A stretch of 64,000 nucleotides of DNA from an uncultured Alphaproteobacteria bacterium (GTDB lineage Bacteria > Pseudomonadota > Alphaproteobacteria > Rhizobiales > Xanthobacteraceae), in contig CAWEAC010000005.1 of NCBI GenBank assembly GCA_963807175.1, positions 43,130 to 107,129 on the forward strand, given 5' to 3'. Below the pieces are notes generated by a model. The model was given only the letters and a program-made list of their open reading frames with translations, was not told the DNA's origin and searched no databases. The position numbers and the translations under genes are program-made. Shown here piece by piece: positions 31,561-40,725 of the stretch. Numbering within the stretch: the stretch's first letter is position 1; every line of letters starts with the position of its first letter.

Positions 31561-32886
31561 TCAATCTCCCGGTCCTGCGCGTGCTGCTGTCGGTTTGGCA
31601 CGCCGTTCTTGCGCCCGCCCCAAAACCAGGGACAAGATTAGCCAAGCGGCCGAAACCGGCGCGGCGATAAGAGCGATTGAGCCGAGTTTCAATCCTAAAA
31701 TCTGGAATATATCGAAGACCCAGCCAAACAGCGCATCAGAGCCGCGATATACGACCACGTCGATTAAGTTTTTGGCTTTGTACTTTTGTTCCCGATTGAG
31801 CACCGTATAGAACACTTGCCGCGCTGGATTGCTGAAGGCGAAGTGAAACCAGCGCTGAATCACCTGAAGAACGAGCACCACAGCCAGCGTCGGCATCAGA
31901 AATACGGCGAGAAAGCCGACCACATAAATCGCGGGCAGCGTGGCAGCAGCCACACCCGTCCCAAAGCGCTTGAGTAATCGCCCGGTGACGACAACCTGCG
32001 TTGCAAGAGTGAGCAGGTTCACCGCGAGGTCGATTGCCGCAAAAGTGCGGGTTTGCGCACCAGCACCGTGTACGTGGGCTGCAACCATATGGATCTGTTC
32101 GAAATAGAGCATCGTCGCACAGTACGACTGCAAGGCAATCCAGACTGCGATGCCCAACAGATAGGGTGAACGAATGAGCTCGGGTAGCGCGGCGAAGGCG
32201 CTGCCACCAAGGCGCTCCGGTTCGGCACGCGGTCCATCGTGGACCGCGGCCGCACGTTCGAGCCGCCAGACGCAGAATACGGCCAGTTCCAGTAAAATCA
32301 TGGCAACGATCAAGAGATTCATCGGGGCAAGCGATTCCAACAGCCCGATTGTGATGACAGGCCCGAGGAGCGCGCCTGCAGTACCACCGGCACCGATGAA
32401 GCCAAATAATCGCTTGCCCTGGTCCGCCGTAAATAGGTCGGCCATGAATGACCAGAAAACCGCAACAGCGAACAGGCTGAATACAGCTACCCACACGTAA
32501 AACGCACGCGCGACCATCGCAGTGTCAATTTTCAGCTTTAGCAACAACCAAAATAGCGCGAGGTTAACGACGAAAAAATGATAGACGATCGGGATGAAGC
32601 GCGCGCGCGGCAGTTTCTTGACCAACTCACCGTAGAGCGGTTGCGCAACGAGCAGCGTCACGAATGTCGCGGTGAACATCCACGGCAAGTTCCGCACGCC
32701 GCCCATGATACCCATCTGGTCGCGCAATGGACGAAGCACGTAATATCCCGCGAGCAGCGTGAAGAAATATGCAAACGACCATAAAGCGGCGATGCGCTCT
32801 TGCGGCGTGGCTGGCACTACGCGTGCCGTCCACCGTTGCAAAGATGCTACGGCACCGGCCCGGTTGTCGGTCGTCTCGATGGTCAT
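31561..32886 (-). CDS. ATP/ADP-translocase-like (NTT/AAA family) MFS carrier
   Basis: YYVLRPLRD, FWSFMADLFTADQGKRLFGFIGAGG, RQVFYTV and KYKAKNLIDVVVYRGSD motifs, with about 12 hydrophobic segments. Confidence 0.8.
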   Translation of the reverse strand: MTIETTDNRAGAVASLQRWTARVVPATPQERIAALWSFAYFFTLLAGYYVLRPLRDQMGIMGGVRNLPWMFTATFVTLLVAQPLYGELVKKLPRARFIPIVYHFFVVNLALFWLLLKLKIDTAMVARAFYVWVAVFSLFAVAVFWSFMADLFTADQGKRLFGFIGAGGTAGALLGPVITIGLLESLAPMNLLIVAMILLELAVFCVWRLERAAAVHDGPRAEPERLGGSAFAALPELIRSPYLLGIAVWIALQSYCATMLYFEQIHMVAAHVHGAGAQTRTFAAIDLAVNLLTLATQVVVTGRLLKRFGTGVAAATLPAIYVVGFLAVFLMPTLAVVLVLQVIQRWFHFAFSNPARQVFYTVLNREQKYKAKNLIDVVVYRGSDALFGWVFDIFQILGLKLGSIALIAAPVSAAWLILSLVLGRAQERRAKPTAARAGPGD

Positions 32887-33626
32887 TGCAACGAGAGCTT
32901 CTGCTTAAGCTCGGCTGCGCTCACCGGCTGGCCGTAACCGGGACCTCCGCGTTGAAACAGTTTCGCATCGACCAGCTTGCCGACTATGACTGGATCGAAA
33001 CCGGCGTCGCGGACGAGCCGGGCCGCCACCTGAACTGCCTCTGGATCGTCACCGGCAATGGGTACCGCCAATTTCGGATCAGGGCGGTTCGCCTCGCGGG
33101 CGAATGTCCTGTATGACATCGTATTGAAGGCGCGAACAAGCCGCGTCCCTGGCAGATACTTTTGCGAGGTCACGCCCACACCGTTGGCCTCGACTTCTTC
33201 GGCGACTGTCCCATCGCGTGCAGCGACTGCGTTACAGGTGTCGAGCACGATTTTGCCCTTGAGCGCGGCGGCGTAATCCCGACCGATTTGCGGTAGCGCA
33301 CTATACGGCACGGAGATCAATACGGCGTCACCGAATGCGATCGCTTGATCGACGGTGCCGGCCTGGGCCAGCGGCCCAAGGTTTGCCACCAAATCTTTTA
33401 GCTCCTCAGGACGGCGCGAGGAGAACAAGACCTTATGGCCATTCTTGACCCAAAGCCCTCCGATGGTACTGCCAATATGGCCAGCCCCAATGGTCCCGAT
33501 CGGGATCTTGCTGCCGCTATTGCTCTGAGCCCGTAAGCTTGCAGGCCATAGAGTTGCGCCCATGATCAAGGCACCTGTGGCAAGCACCTTGCGGCGATCG
33601 CGGTCAATGTCATCAAGTTTTGGCAT
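32883..33626 (-). CDS. NADPH-dependent F420-reductase-like Rossmann oxidoreductase with Tat-like signal
   Basis: DRRKVL, h-region and LRA cleavage site; GAGHIG, FSSRRP, LDTCNA and VRAFNT motifs. ATGA overlap with the carrier gene. Confidence 0.8.
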   Translation of the reverse strand: MPKLDDIDRDRRKVLATGALIMGATLWPASLRAQSNSGSKIPIGTIGAGHIGSTIGGLWVKNGHKVLFSSRRPEELKDLVANLGPLAQAGTVDQAIAFGDAVLISVPYSALPQIGRDYAAALKGKIVLDTCNAVAARDGTVAEEVEANGVGVTSQKYLPGTRLVRAFNTMSYRTFAREANRPDPKLAVPIAGDDPEAVQVAARLVRDAGFDPVIVGKLVDAKLFQRGGPGYGQPVSAAELKQKLSLQ

Positions 33627-33814
33627 GAGACGCTCCCGGCGTTCAGCTCGCAAAGCTACATCAAAATCCAGTGCAATTGTGATAGGGCATTGGATGTCGG
33701 CCATGCGCCATGGGCGGCTTCGGGGCAACGGCGCACTGAGCTGCTCCATCGTGGAAGCTTGGACAACTGTCATCTTTGCGGCCTTTTTAATTTTTTGACC
33801 ATACGGGGTGCGCG

Positions 33815-34069
33815 TGTCGATTGCTTCCCCGCTCATGCAGCCTTCCCCAAATGGCAAGAGGGTCGGCATCCGCATTGTCACTTTCGAGGCCTGCTCAGGC
33901 TTCACTCACGTTACGGCCCGCCGGATTGCTCAGCCGCCTAAAGCGGCCTTTGTCACAAGGCTCCAGCCCTGCCGGTTACCCGGCCGAGCCGCTCGTCAGC
34001 TACCAGATCAATCGACAACTCTCTGGGTGGAATCTTCCTCCACTAGTGATCCGCGCCTTCGGGGCGCAC
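33815..34069 (-). mobile_element. Group II intron 5' fragment (domain I only, no RT ORF)
   Basis: The minus strand starts GTGCGCCCCGAAGGCGCGGATC... at 34069 and continues as structured, intron-like sequence for ~255 nt. No domain V/VI or intron-encoded protein follows. Confidence 0.62.
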
Positions 34070-34107
34070 TGCCAATAGGCAAATCGCACGCTTGTTTTGA
34101 AATGAAA

Positions 34108-34131
34108 GAGGCCGCCAACCGAGGCGGCCTC
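34108..34131 (-). terminator. Rho-independent terminator of the lipocalin-like gene
   Basis: GAGGCCGCC-6nt-GGCGGCCTC, followed on the minus strand by TTTCATTT. Confidence 0.75.
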
Positions 34132-34148
34132 CGGAGTGAGTTAGCGTT

Positions 34149-34616
34149 TCATTTTGCTTTCTTCCACACGTTCACAGGCGTGATCGCTCCCTCCGGGGTC
34201 TGGACTTTGCTTGCAGTCGTCGTCATGGTGCCGTCTTTGAACGTGACGGTCTGCTCGCGTACAGCGCCTTCGAAGGCTGGTGAACTCGCTCCCTCAACTT
34301 TGGCCGTGAACTTTTTCCCGGCTTCATCAACCGTGTAAGTGCCGTACCAGGCAACCATAGGGGCCGCGGGAGTTCGCACGCTGTCGGTCTTAGACCGGTC
34401 TTTGCCAAGCACGAAGAACGATATCTGGCCGCCACGGTCAATAATGAGACTGCCCTTGGCCCACGGCACTACCTTTTTGCCGTCGGGCATAATTTCACTG
34501 CCCTCAACTAGCGTCCAGCCACCAACGATCTAACTCTTGAGACTTTTCGCCGATGCGATTTGTGACATTACGAGCAGCAGCAAGAAGCCAGACAAAATTC
34601 CAACTATGCGTCGCAT
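34149..34616 (-). pseudogene. Lipocalin-like domain secreted protein with a premature TAG
   Basis: AGGAGG RBS and signal peptide MRRIVGILSG..., then LKS*IVGGWTLV (TAG at 34530-34532) and AWYGTYTVDE. Confidence 0.75.
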
Positions 34617-34734
34617 GAGACCCTCCTAAGGTTCCATTGGGACAGGCTAACGTACCTTTTCAGCAAGGGAAATAACCGCGACATAGATTCGCCCCCGTGA
34701 TGCTAACTGTGCCGACGTTCTGCTTATTTTAACC

Positions 34735-34843
34735 GCTTAGGGTCATTCACGTCATAGCCGTCGTGGGCCAAAATTGACGTTTGTCGGTTGTTAGTCCAAT
34801 CGCGTCCTAAATGCTGCGTCGCGGAGAATGCAGCGTTGTGCCA
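34735..34843 (+). repeat. Island repeat-family unit, left part; continues at 36236-36295 after the IS110 element
   Basis: Modules GGGTCATTC / TGTCGGTTGTTAGTCCAATCGCGTCCTAAA / TTGTGCCA-AAAGCGGAC. Near-identical to 46860-46910. Confidence 0.65.
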
Positions 34844-34859
34844 TGTGTGGACGGCTCCG

Positions 34860-35119
34860 AGTTGGCAAGAGCTTTTTTCATGTTTGCAGGCTTGGTCGGT
34901 GCAGCCATGTGTTCGGCCTTTAAGTGCGGTTCACATGACCGCTGGCCATAATGCCCTCCGCGGATCAGGTCCCGGTCAAAAGCACGCATTCGACAATGCG
35001 TTGGCACAAGTGGGTTGTCCTGATCGCCGGATCGACCGGCTCTGCATTACGTGCTGTTCGCCCTTTCCAACCTTCACATCACGCCGGGTGTCCGGCGCGA
35101 TCTCGTTTACGCCGCAAAT
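34860..35119 (-). ncRNA. Putative bridge/seek RNA of the IS1111-type element
   Basis: Guide-like segments match the empty target and the circle junction, each pair split by a hairpin (see findings). RNA ends are not defined. Confidence 0.72.
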
Positions 35120-36151
35120 TTACGCCGCGAGTGCGACGGGTTCCTTATAACGCTCGCCTCTGGCCATCATGGCCCAGGCCATCCGGGCTAGCTTGTTGGC
35201 AAGCGCGATGGCCGCGACCTTGGTTGGCTTTCGAGCCAGCAATGCCGTGAGCCAGGGCCGATGCTTGGTGCCATGGATCTTGGCGTAGCGGATGACGGCG
35301 AGCGCGCCGGCCATGAACAGGCTGCGCAGATAGCGGTCACCCTGCTTACTGATGCTACCGAGCCTGTCCTTGCCCCCGCTTGAGTGCTGCTTCGGCACCA
35401 ACCCAATCCAGGCCGAGAAGTTGCGCCCTGATCGAAAGACCTTTGGGTCAGCGACGCAGGCAACCAGGGCCGTAGCCAGCATCGGACCGACACCGGGGAT
35501 CGCATCGAGCCGCATACTCGCCTCATTAGATCGATGCCAGGCCATGATCTGTCGGTCGAACTCCAGAATCTGCTCCTTGAGCCTACGCAGTTGAGCCCCA
35601 AGTGCTGCGAGGCACACCCGTGCAACCTTGGGCAACCGGTCGTCATTTGAATCGGCGACGACATCGAGAAGTTCCTCGACACCCTTGCGCCCGACTGGTG
35701 CGACGATCCCGAACTCGGCCAAATGGGCCCGGATCACATTGATCACCGCGGTCTGCTGGCGGATGAACAGATGGCGCGTGCGATGGAGCATCAGACAGCT
35801 CTGCTGTTCTGGGGTCTTGGTTGGCACGAACCGCATATTGGGCCTGGTGACCGCCTCACAGATCGCCTCCGCGTCAGTGGCATCGTTCTTCTGCCGTTTG
35901 ACGTAAGGCTTCACGTAGGCCGGCGGCATCAGGCGCACCGTATGACCGAGCGCCTTGAGCTCACGCGACCAATGGTGCGACGAGGCGCAAGCTTCGATCC
36001 CGACCAGGCATGACGGCAGCTTCTGGAAGAACGCCAGGACATAGCGGCGTTTCAACTGACGCCGGATGATTACTCTATCTTCTGCGTCGATGCCGTGAAC
36101 CTGAAACACCGACTTGGCGATGTCGAGACCGATTGTCGTAACCGTTTGCAT
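35120..36151 (-). CDS. IS110 family transposase/recombinase
   Basis: DEDD RuvC-like motifs IGLDIAK, GIEAC and KNDATDAEAI; Tnp20 domain IPGVG, GLVPKQHSSGGK and ISKQGDRYLR. Confidence 0.95.
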   Translation of the reverse strand: MQTVTTIGLDIAKSVFQVHGIDAEDRVIIRRQLKRRYVLAFFQKLPSCLVGIEACASSHHWSRELKALGHTVRLMPPAYVKPYVKRQKNDATDAEAICEAVTRPNMRFVPTKTPEQQSCLMLHRTRHLFIRQQTAVINVIRAHLAEFGIVAPVGRKGVEELLDVVADSNDDRLPKVARVCLAALGAQLRRLKEQILEFDRQIMAWHRSNEASMRLDAIPGVGPMLATALVACVADPKVFRSGRNFSAWIGLVPKQHSSGGKDRLGSISKQGDRYLRSLFMAGALAVIRYAKIHGTKHRPWLTALLARKPTKVAAIALANKLARMAWAMMARGERYKEPVALAA

Positions 36152-36520
36152 GTTTGGCTCCTCCGGATTGTGGGGGCCTTAACAGCGCCCACATTCATGG
36201 CACTCACGTGCCGGTGGAGGAGCCGTCCACAGCATCAAAAGCGGACTCATACACCGCAGCAAACAATATCGCTATTCAATCACCTCGTCGCGTCCTTGCT
36301 GCGGCGACAATCAGATTTTCTTTCTTAATTCCGAACGGCAGAAATTGAATAGCCTATCATCCCCAACTTCCCGCCTCCCGATAATCGGGTCTGATCGGAT
36401 GAAAGCGTCAGCCGCTCTATGGCATTGTCACAATAAATATTTGGAACACGGTGCGATGAGGCACAAGCCAACGTAAAGCCCTACGTCAAACGCATCGCTC
36501 CCTAACGGATCTTTCGCGCG

Positions 36521-37738
36521 TCAGTGCGCGACTGACATGATCTCGCCGCGCCGCTCCGGACTGAAGCGGATTACGATGACGATCGCAACTGCGACGATCC
36601 CCGCCACCAGCGCGAGCGCGAAGCTGTAATTGCCGCCTGAAGACTCGGCGATCTTTGCCTGGAACGGGCCGTTGTAAGAGGCAAGGAAATTACCGACTTG
36701 ATAGACGAAGCCGGGCAGCGTCGCGCGTACCGGGCCCGGCGAGAGTTCATTGAGGTGGGCAGGAATGACTCCCCAAGCGCCCTGCACGCTGATTTGCATG
36801 ATGAAGGCACCGATGGCGAGCATGAAGGGCGTCGACGAATAGGCCCACAGTGGCAACGCAGGTAGCGCGATGAGTGAGGCGATGGTGATGGCGTTAACGC
36901 GGCCGATCTTCTCCGACACAAAGCCAAAGAAAAGGCCGCCGACGATCGCGCCCAAATTGGCGACGATGGTAATCCAGCTGACGGTAGTGTGATCAAACTC
37001 ATGCTGCTTTTGTAGGAAGGTCGGATAGAGGTCCTGAGTACCGTGACTGAACAGGTTGAAGCACATCATCAGCACCACGGCATAGAGCGCGATACGCCAA
37101 TTGGCGCGTAACGTGTCGATCAGTTTCGGTTTGGCGGCCTTCTGCGCTTCTGCGAATGGCGGCGACTCGGGTACATGCGAACGGATGAACAACACGACGA
37201 GTGCGGGAATAACACTGAGCAGGAACATCGCGCGCCAGCCGATGTTAAAACCGCCAATGCTGTGCTGATAGAGCAGCCCATATGCGATCGAAGCGAGCAG
37301 ATAGCCAGTGGGATAGCCGCATTGCAGAAGGCCGGAAACGAAGCCACGCGCCTGCGGCGGAATCGATTCCATTGCAAGCGAACTACCTAGGCCCCATTCG
37401 CCGCCCATTGCGATGCCGAACAAGGCGCGCAACAGCAGGAATATCCATAGACTTGGCGCGAAGGCCGCGAGAGCGCCGACCACGGAGTAAGAGATTATGT
37501 CGAGCATCAGGATTGGCTTGCGGCCGAATCGGTCGCCGAGACGACCGAAGATGAAGGCGCCGATGAAGCGCATGGCGAGCGTAAGGAACAACGCGTAAGC
37601 TACTTGCGAAATCTCAACGCCGAACTCCTTCGCGATGTCTCCCAGTAAGAAGACGAGAAGAAAAAAGTCGAAGGCGTCAAGCGTCCAGCCGAGGAAAGCG
37701 GCGAGAACGGTCTTCTTCTGCGCGCTCGTCAAAGTCAT
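36521..37738 (-). CDS. MFS transporter, SHS family (NanT/Jen1-like carboxylate transporter)
   Basis: FLGWTLDAFDF, GDRFGRK, GIAMGGEWG, SHGTQDLYPTFL and QGAWGVIPAHLNE motifs. Confidence 0.88.
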   Translation of the reverse strand: MTLTSAQKKTVLAAFLGWTLDAFDFFLLVFLLGDIAKEFGVEISQVAYALFLTLAMRFIGAFIFGRLGDRFGRKPILMLDIISYSVVGALAAFAPSLWIFLLLRALFGIAMGGEWGLGSSLAMESIPPQARGFVSGLLQCGYPTGYLLASIAYGLLYQHSIGGFNIGWRAMFLLSVIPALVVLFIRSHVPESPPFAEAQKAAKPKLIDTLRANWRIALYAVVLMMCFNLFSHGTQDLYPTFLQKQHEFDHTTVSWITIVANLGAIVGGLFFGFVSEKIGRVNAITIASLIALPALPLWAYSSTPFMLAIGAFIMQISVQGAWGVIPAHLNELSPGPVRATLPGFVYQVGNFLASYNGPFQAKIAESSGGNYSFALALVAGIVAVAIVIVIRFSPERRGEIMSVAH

Positions 37739-37974
37739 GGGCCCCCCAAATCGACATTCCCCAGATAGCCGCCGATGTCAGCTCCATGTTGCCTCTGGTG
37801 TGGCGCCCTGGCAAGCATCCCTTACATTAAGACAATTCCGATGAACGCGCCCCGCCTCATGCTAACCCCAAGCTCCGAAGGCGCATCCCATAGGTTTAGA
37901 CGAGTGCTTTGATAGGGGCGGAAACCGACATCAAAACCATTGCCGAAGTGCACAGCCGATGTCCGCTAAGTGCC

Positions 37975-39555
37975 GATTTTGTTGCAGAAGTGATTTGAAG
38001 GCTTTGGCGAACAGTGATTCTTTCTTCTGACGACATTTTGCGTCGGAGGCGGGCGATGATGGGACGCCAGAACAACGACCAGGGTCCTTTATTCTATGAG
38101 TTCCGCCTCGATGAGGCGGTTCCTGATGATCATCTGGTGCGCAAGATCGACGCCGTTCTCGATCTATCATGGGTACACGCAGAACTCGCGCCGCACTATC
38201 CAACGCTCGGCCGGCCCTCGGTTGATCCGGTGCTGATGATCCGGATGCTGATCGTCGGTTATGTTTTTGGCCTGCGTTCCGAGCGGTTGCTGTGTCGCGA
38301 GGTTCAGGTGAACCTCGCCTATCGATGGTTTTGCAAGCTCGGCATCGAGCACAAGATCCCTGATCATTCGGCGTTCTCGCGTGCACGCAATGAGCGCTTC
38401 CGCGACAGCGGCATCTTCCGCCAGGTATTCGAGCGTGTGGTCGAGGCGTGTATCGCAGCCGATCTCGTTGGCGGAGAAGGGTTTGCCGTGGATGCCAGCC
38501 TGATTGCGGCCGATGCCAACAAGCAGCGCTCGATCCCGGGCGCAGAATGGCAAAAGACACGCGATCCCAAGACGGCGAGCCGGGCCATGAAGGAGTATCT
38601 GGCAACCCTCGATGATGCGGCCTTTGGTGCGGCGAGCGATGTCACACCGAAGTTCGTCTCGCCGTCCGATCCGGCCGCGCAATGGACCGGCGCGATGCGA
38701 GGACCGGCGTTCTTTGCCTATGCCGACAACTATCTGATCGACGTGAAGTGCGGCGTCATCATGGGTGTCGAAGCCACGCGCGCTATCCGCCAGGCCGAAG
38801 TCGGCGCGGGGAAGACCATGGTTGAGCGCACCGAGGAGCGCTTCGATATCAAGCCCAAGTGGCTCGCGGCTGATACGGCCTATGGTTCAGGCCCGAACCT
38901 CAACTGGCTCGTCAAAGACAAGGACATTGCGCCGCACATCCCGGTTATCGACAAATCGAAGCGCGAGGATGGAACCTTCAGCCGGGAAGACTTCAGGTTT
39001 GACAAAGAGCGCAACGTCTATGTCTGCCCAGCGGGCAAGATCCTCACCACGACTGGCACGGTGATCGATGATGGCGAGACGCTTCGTTATCTCGCGAGCA
39101 CATCCGACTGTCGGGGCTGCCCGCTCAAGGTGCGATGCTGTCCAAAGGCATCGTTCCGCAGGATTCCGCGCAGCATCTATGAAGAGGCGCGCGACGTTGC
39201 CCGCGCACTGGCCAAGACCGAAGCCTTCGAACAATCACGCCGTGATCGCAAACGCATCGAGATGCTGTTCGCCCATCTCAAGCGCATCCTGAAGCTTGGT
39301 CGCCTTAGGCTTCGTGGCCCGCGCGGCGCACAGGATGAGTTCACGCTTGCGGCTATCGCACAGAACCTACGCCGGCTCGCCAAACTGGTCGTTAGGCCAC
39401 CACCGATGGCCGCCGCTTGTGCCGCGTAAGCGTTGCGGTTGTCAGTGCTACTGACTCAAGGGCCCCATCGCCAGATGAAGCGGGCGCAGTAGAAGGGTTC
39501 AATACATCGAGGCAATTGCCGCGCTCTTCGAATCGCCGACTTCTGCAACAAAATC
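37975..39555 (+). mobile_element. IS1182-family element
   Basis: Perfect 17-bp terminal inverted repeats GATTTTGTTGCAGAAGT (37975-37991, 39539-39555). 4-bp TGCC target duplication at 37971-37974 and 39556-39559. Confidence 0.9.
38056..39429 (+). CDS. IS1182 family transposase
   Basis: GRPSVDP, PDHSAFSRAR, VDASLIAA, AADTAYG and RIEMLFAHLK motifs. Confidence 0.9.
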   Translation: MMGRQNNDQGPLFYEFRLDEAVPDDHLVRKIDAVLDLSWVHAELAPHYPTLGRPSVDPVLMIRMLIVGYVFGLRSERLLCREVQVNLAYRWFCKLGIEHKIPDHSAFSRARNERFRDSGIFRQVFERVVEACIAADLVGGEGFAVDASLIAADANKQRSIPGAEWQKTRDPKTASRAMKEYLATLDDAAFGAASDVTPKFVSPSDPAAQWTGAMRGPAFFAYADNYLIDVKCGVIMGVEATRAIRQAEVGAGKTMVERTEERFDIKPKWLAADTAYGSGPNLNWLVKDKDIAPHIPVIDKSKREDGTFSREDFRFDKERNVYVCPAGKILTTTGTVIDDGETLRYLASTSDCRGCPLKVRCCPKASFRRIPRSIYEEARDVARALAKTEAFEQSRRDRKRIEMLFAHLKRILKLGRLRLRGPRGAQDEFTLAAIAQNLRRLAKLVVRPPPMAAACAA

Positions 39556-39849
39556 TGCCAGGAACGGATATTCCCGATCGCTCTCAACTCAACGAAAACC
39601 TCGGCGGTTGCCCTGCACCGGCGAACCGGCAACCGCAACTGGATTTCTTGCGTTCGGGGAGTGAACTCCACGATGCAGCGGCAGATTTTTCCTATCGGAA
39701 ATAGTAACCCGACGATCCGGAGGCCCATTTCAAATTCGTTAGAGAAATCATCACAGTAATTTGGCCTGCTTCTTGCTGGCCTGTAATTGTCAAAATGCCG
39801 TCTAGCGTGCTTCGCCACGCTCATTGAAGGATGTTGGGAGGGTGTTGCA

Positions 39850-40095
39850 ATGAAAATCCATATGCGGCCGCCGCTTCCACCTCTGCTGCCCGCACCTCTG
39901 CCAAAACCACCGCCGACTGCCTTCCAGTTGGATATGCAGACTGAGGAATTGACCAAAGTCGCGCAGCAGCAAAAAGATCGCCTGAAGAAGCTGTACGGAG
40001 GGCGGAAAAATCCCGGGGACTTAGATGAGGACACCGATTCCGAAACGCAGGAACGCGATCATCGCTCGAACCGGAACCTCGATTTCCTCGCTTGA
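39850..40095 (+). CDS. Small hypothetical protein with a Pro-rich N-terminus
   Basis: 81 aa. GGGAGG RBS upstream. Ends in NLDFLA. Confidence 0.5.
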   Translation: MKIHMRPPLPPLLPAPLPKPPPTAFQLDMQTEELTKVAQQQKDRLKKLYGGRKNPGDLDEDTDSETQERDHRSNRNLDFLA

Positions 40096-40152
40096 GCTAG
40101 CTGTGGCGAGCAAAACTAAATATCCATTAAATCTCATGTGGCAGCGGGGCCA

Positions 40153-40545
40153 ATGACCCACCAGAAAGCCGTGATGGAGAAATTTGCAGCGCAATTTGAA
40201 GCTCTGCCTGAAATTTGGCTTCAAAATGAATTGCTCGAACAAACCAGAGACTACCTAACATGGGGTCGGCGCTTTGAGCGGCTGGAACTCGATCGGCTGA
40301 ATAAAGTGTGGGCCGAAGCATTTCGACAGTTCGTAAGACGGAAGACGGGGCCGCACCTCCGCGACATGGATGACGCAGGAGCGGAGCTTCGTCTCCGCGG
40401 CGAGGAATTCCCTACTGACCTGGTTACATCGGAAGTGGAGCAACTCAGGGCCGCTATTCAGCGCGTTGGTCCCATTTTCCCATCGGCAGAATTCGAACGA
40501 AAGATCGATGAGTTTTTCAGGGATTTGAACAAACCAAAGCACTAA
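40153..40545 (+). CDS. Hypothetical protein
   Basis: 130 aa with protein-like composition and no recognisable motif. Confidence 0.55.
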   Translation: MTHQKAVMEKFAAQFEALPEIWLQNELLEQTRDYLTWGRRFERLELDRLNKVWAEAFRQFVRRKTGPHLRDMDDAGAELRLRGEEFPTDLVTSEVEQLRAAIQRVGPIFPSAEFERKIDEFFRDLNKPKH

Positions 40546-40605
40546 TGCGGGCAGCGCATTTCTCGATACCAATGCAATGTCGCAGATCGGTCATTCGCTG
40601 CGTAT

Positions 40606-40710
40606 TTGTTCGGGCGCTCCCGCCCGAGCTGCGAATGGTCGGACGACGACTACGACGTGTTCGACGGCGATCGGCACATCGGCCGCATCATTTGGACGCA
40701 TGCAGCTGCA
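40606..40710 (+). pseudogene. Fragment of a small hypothetical gene (SRPSCEWSDDDYDVFDGDRHIGRI)
   Basis: Resembles a small accessory-region protein type, then degenerates where it meets the 3' end of the opposite-strand gene. Confidence 0.35.
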
Positions 40711-40725
40711 TTTCGCTCAGCCCCG

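Larger units (their letters stand above)
34844..36235 (-). mobile_element. IS110-family element (IS1111-type)
   Basis: 13-bp subterminal inverted repeats TGTGGACGGCTCC (34846-34858) / GGAGCCGTCCACA (36219-36231). A CA core lies at 34842-34843 and 36236-36237. The long non-coding end is downstream of the transposase. Confidence 0.9.
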
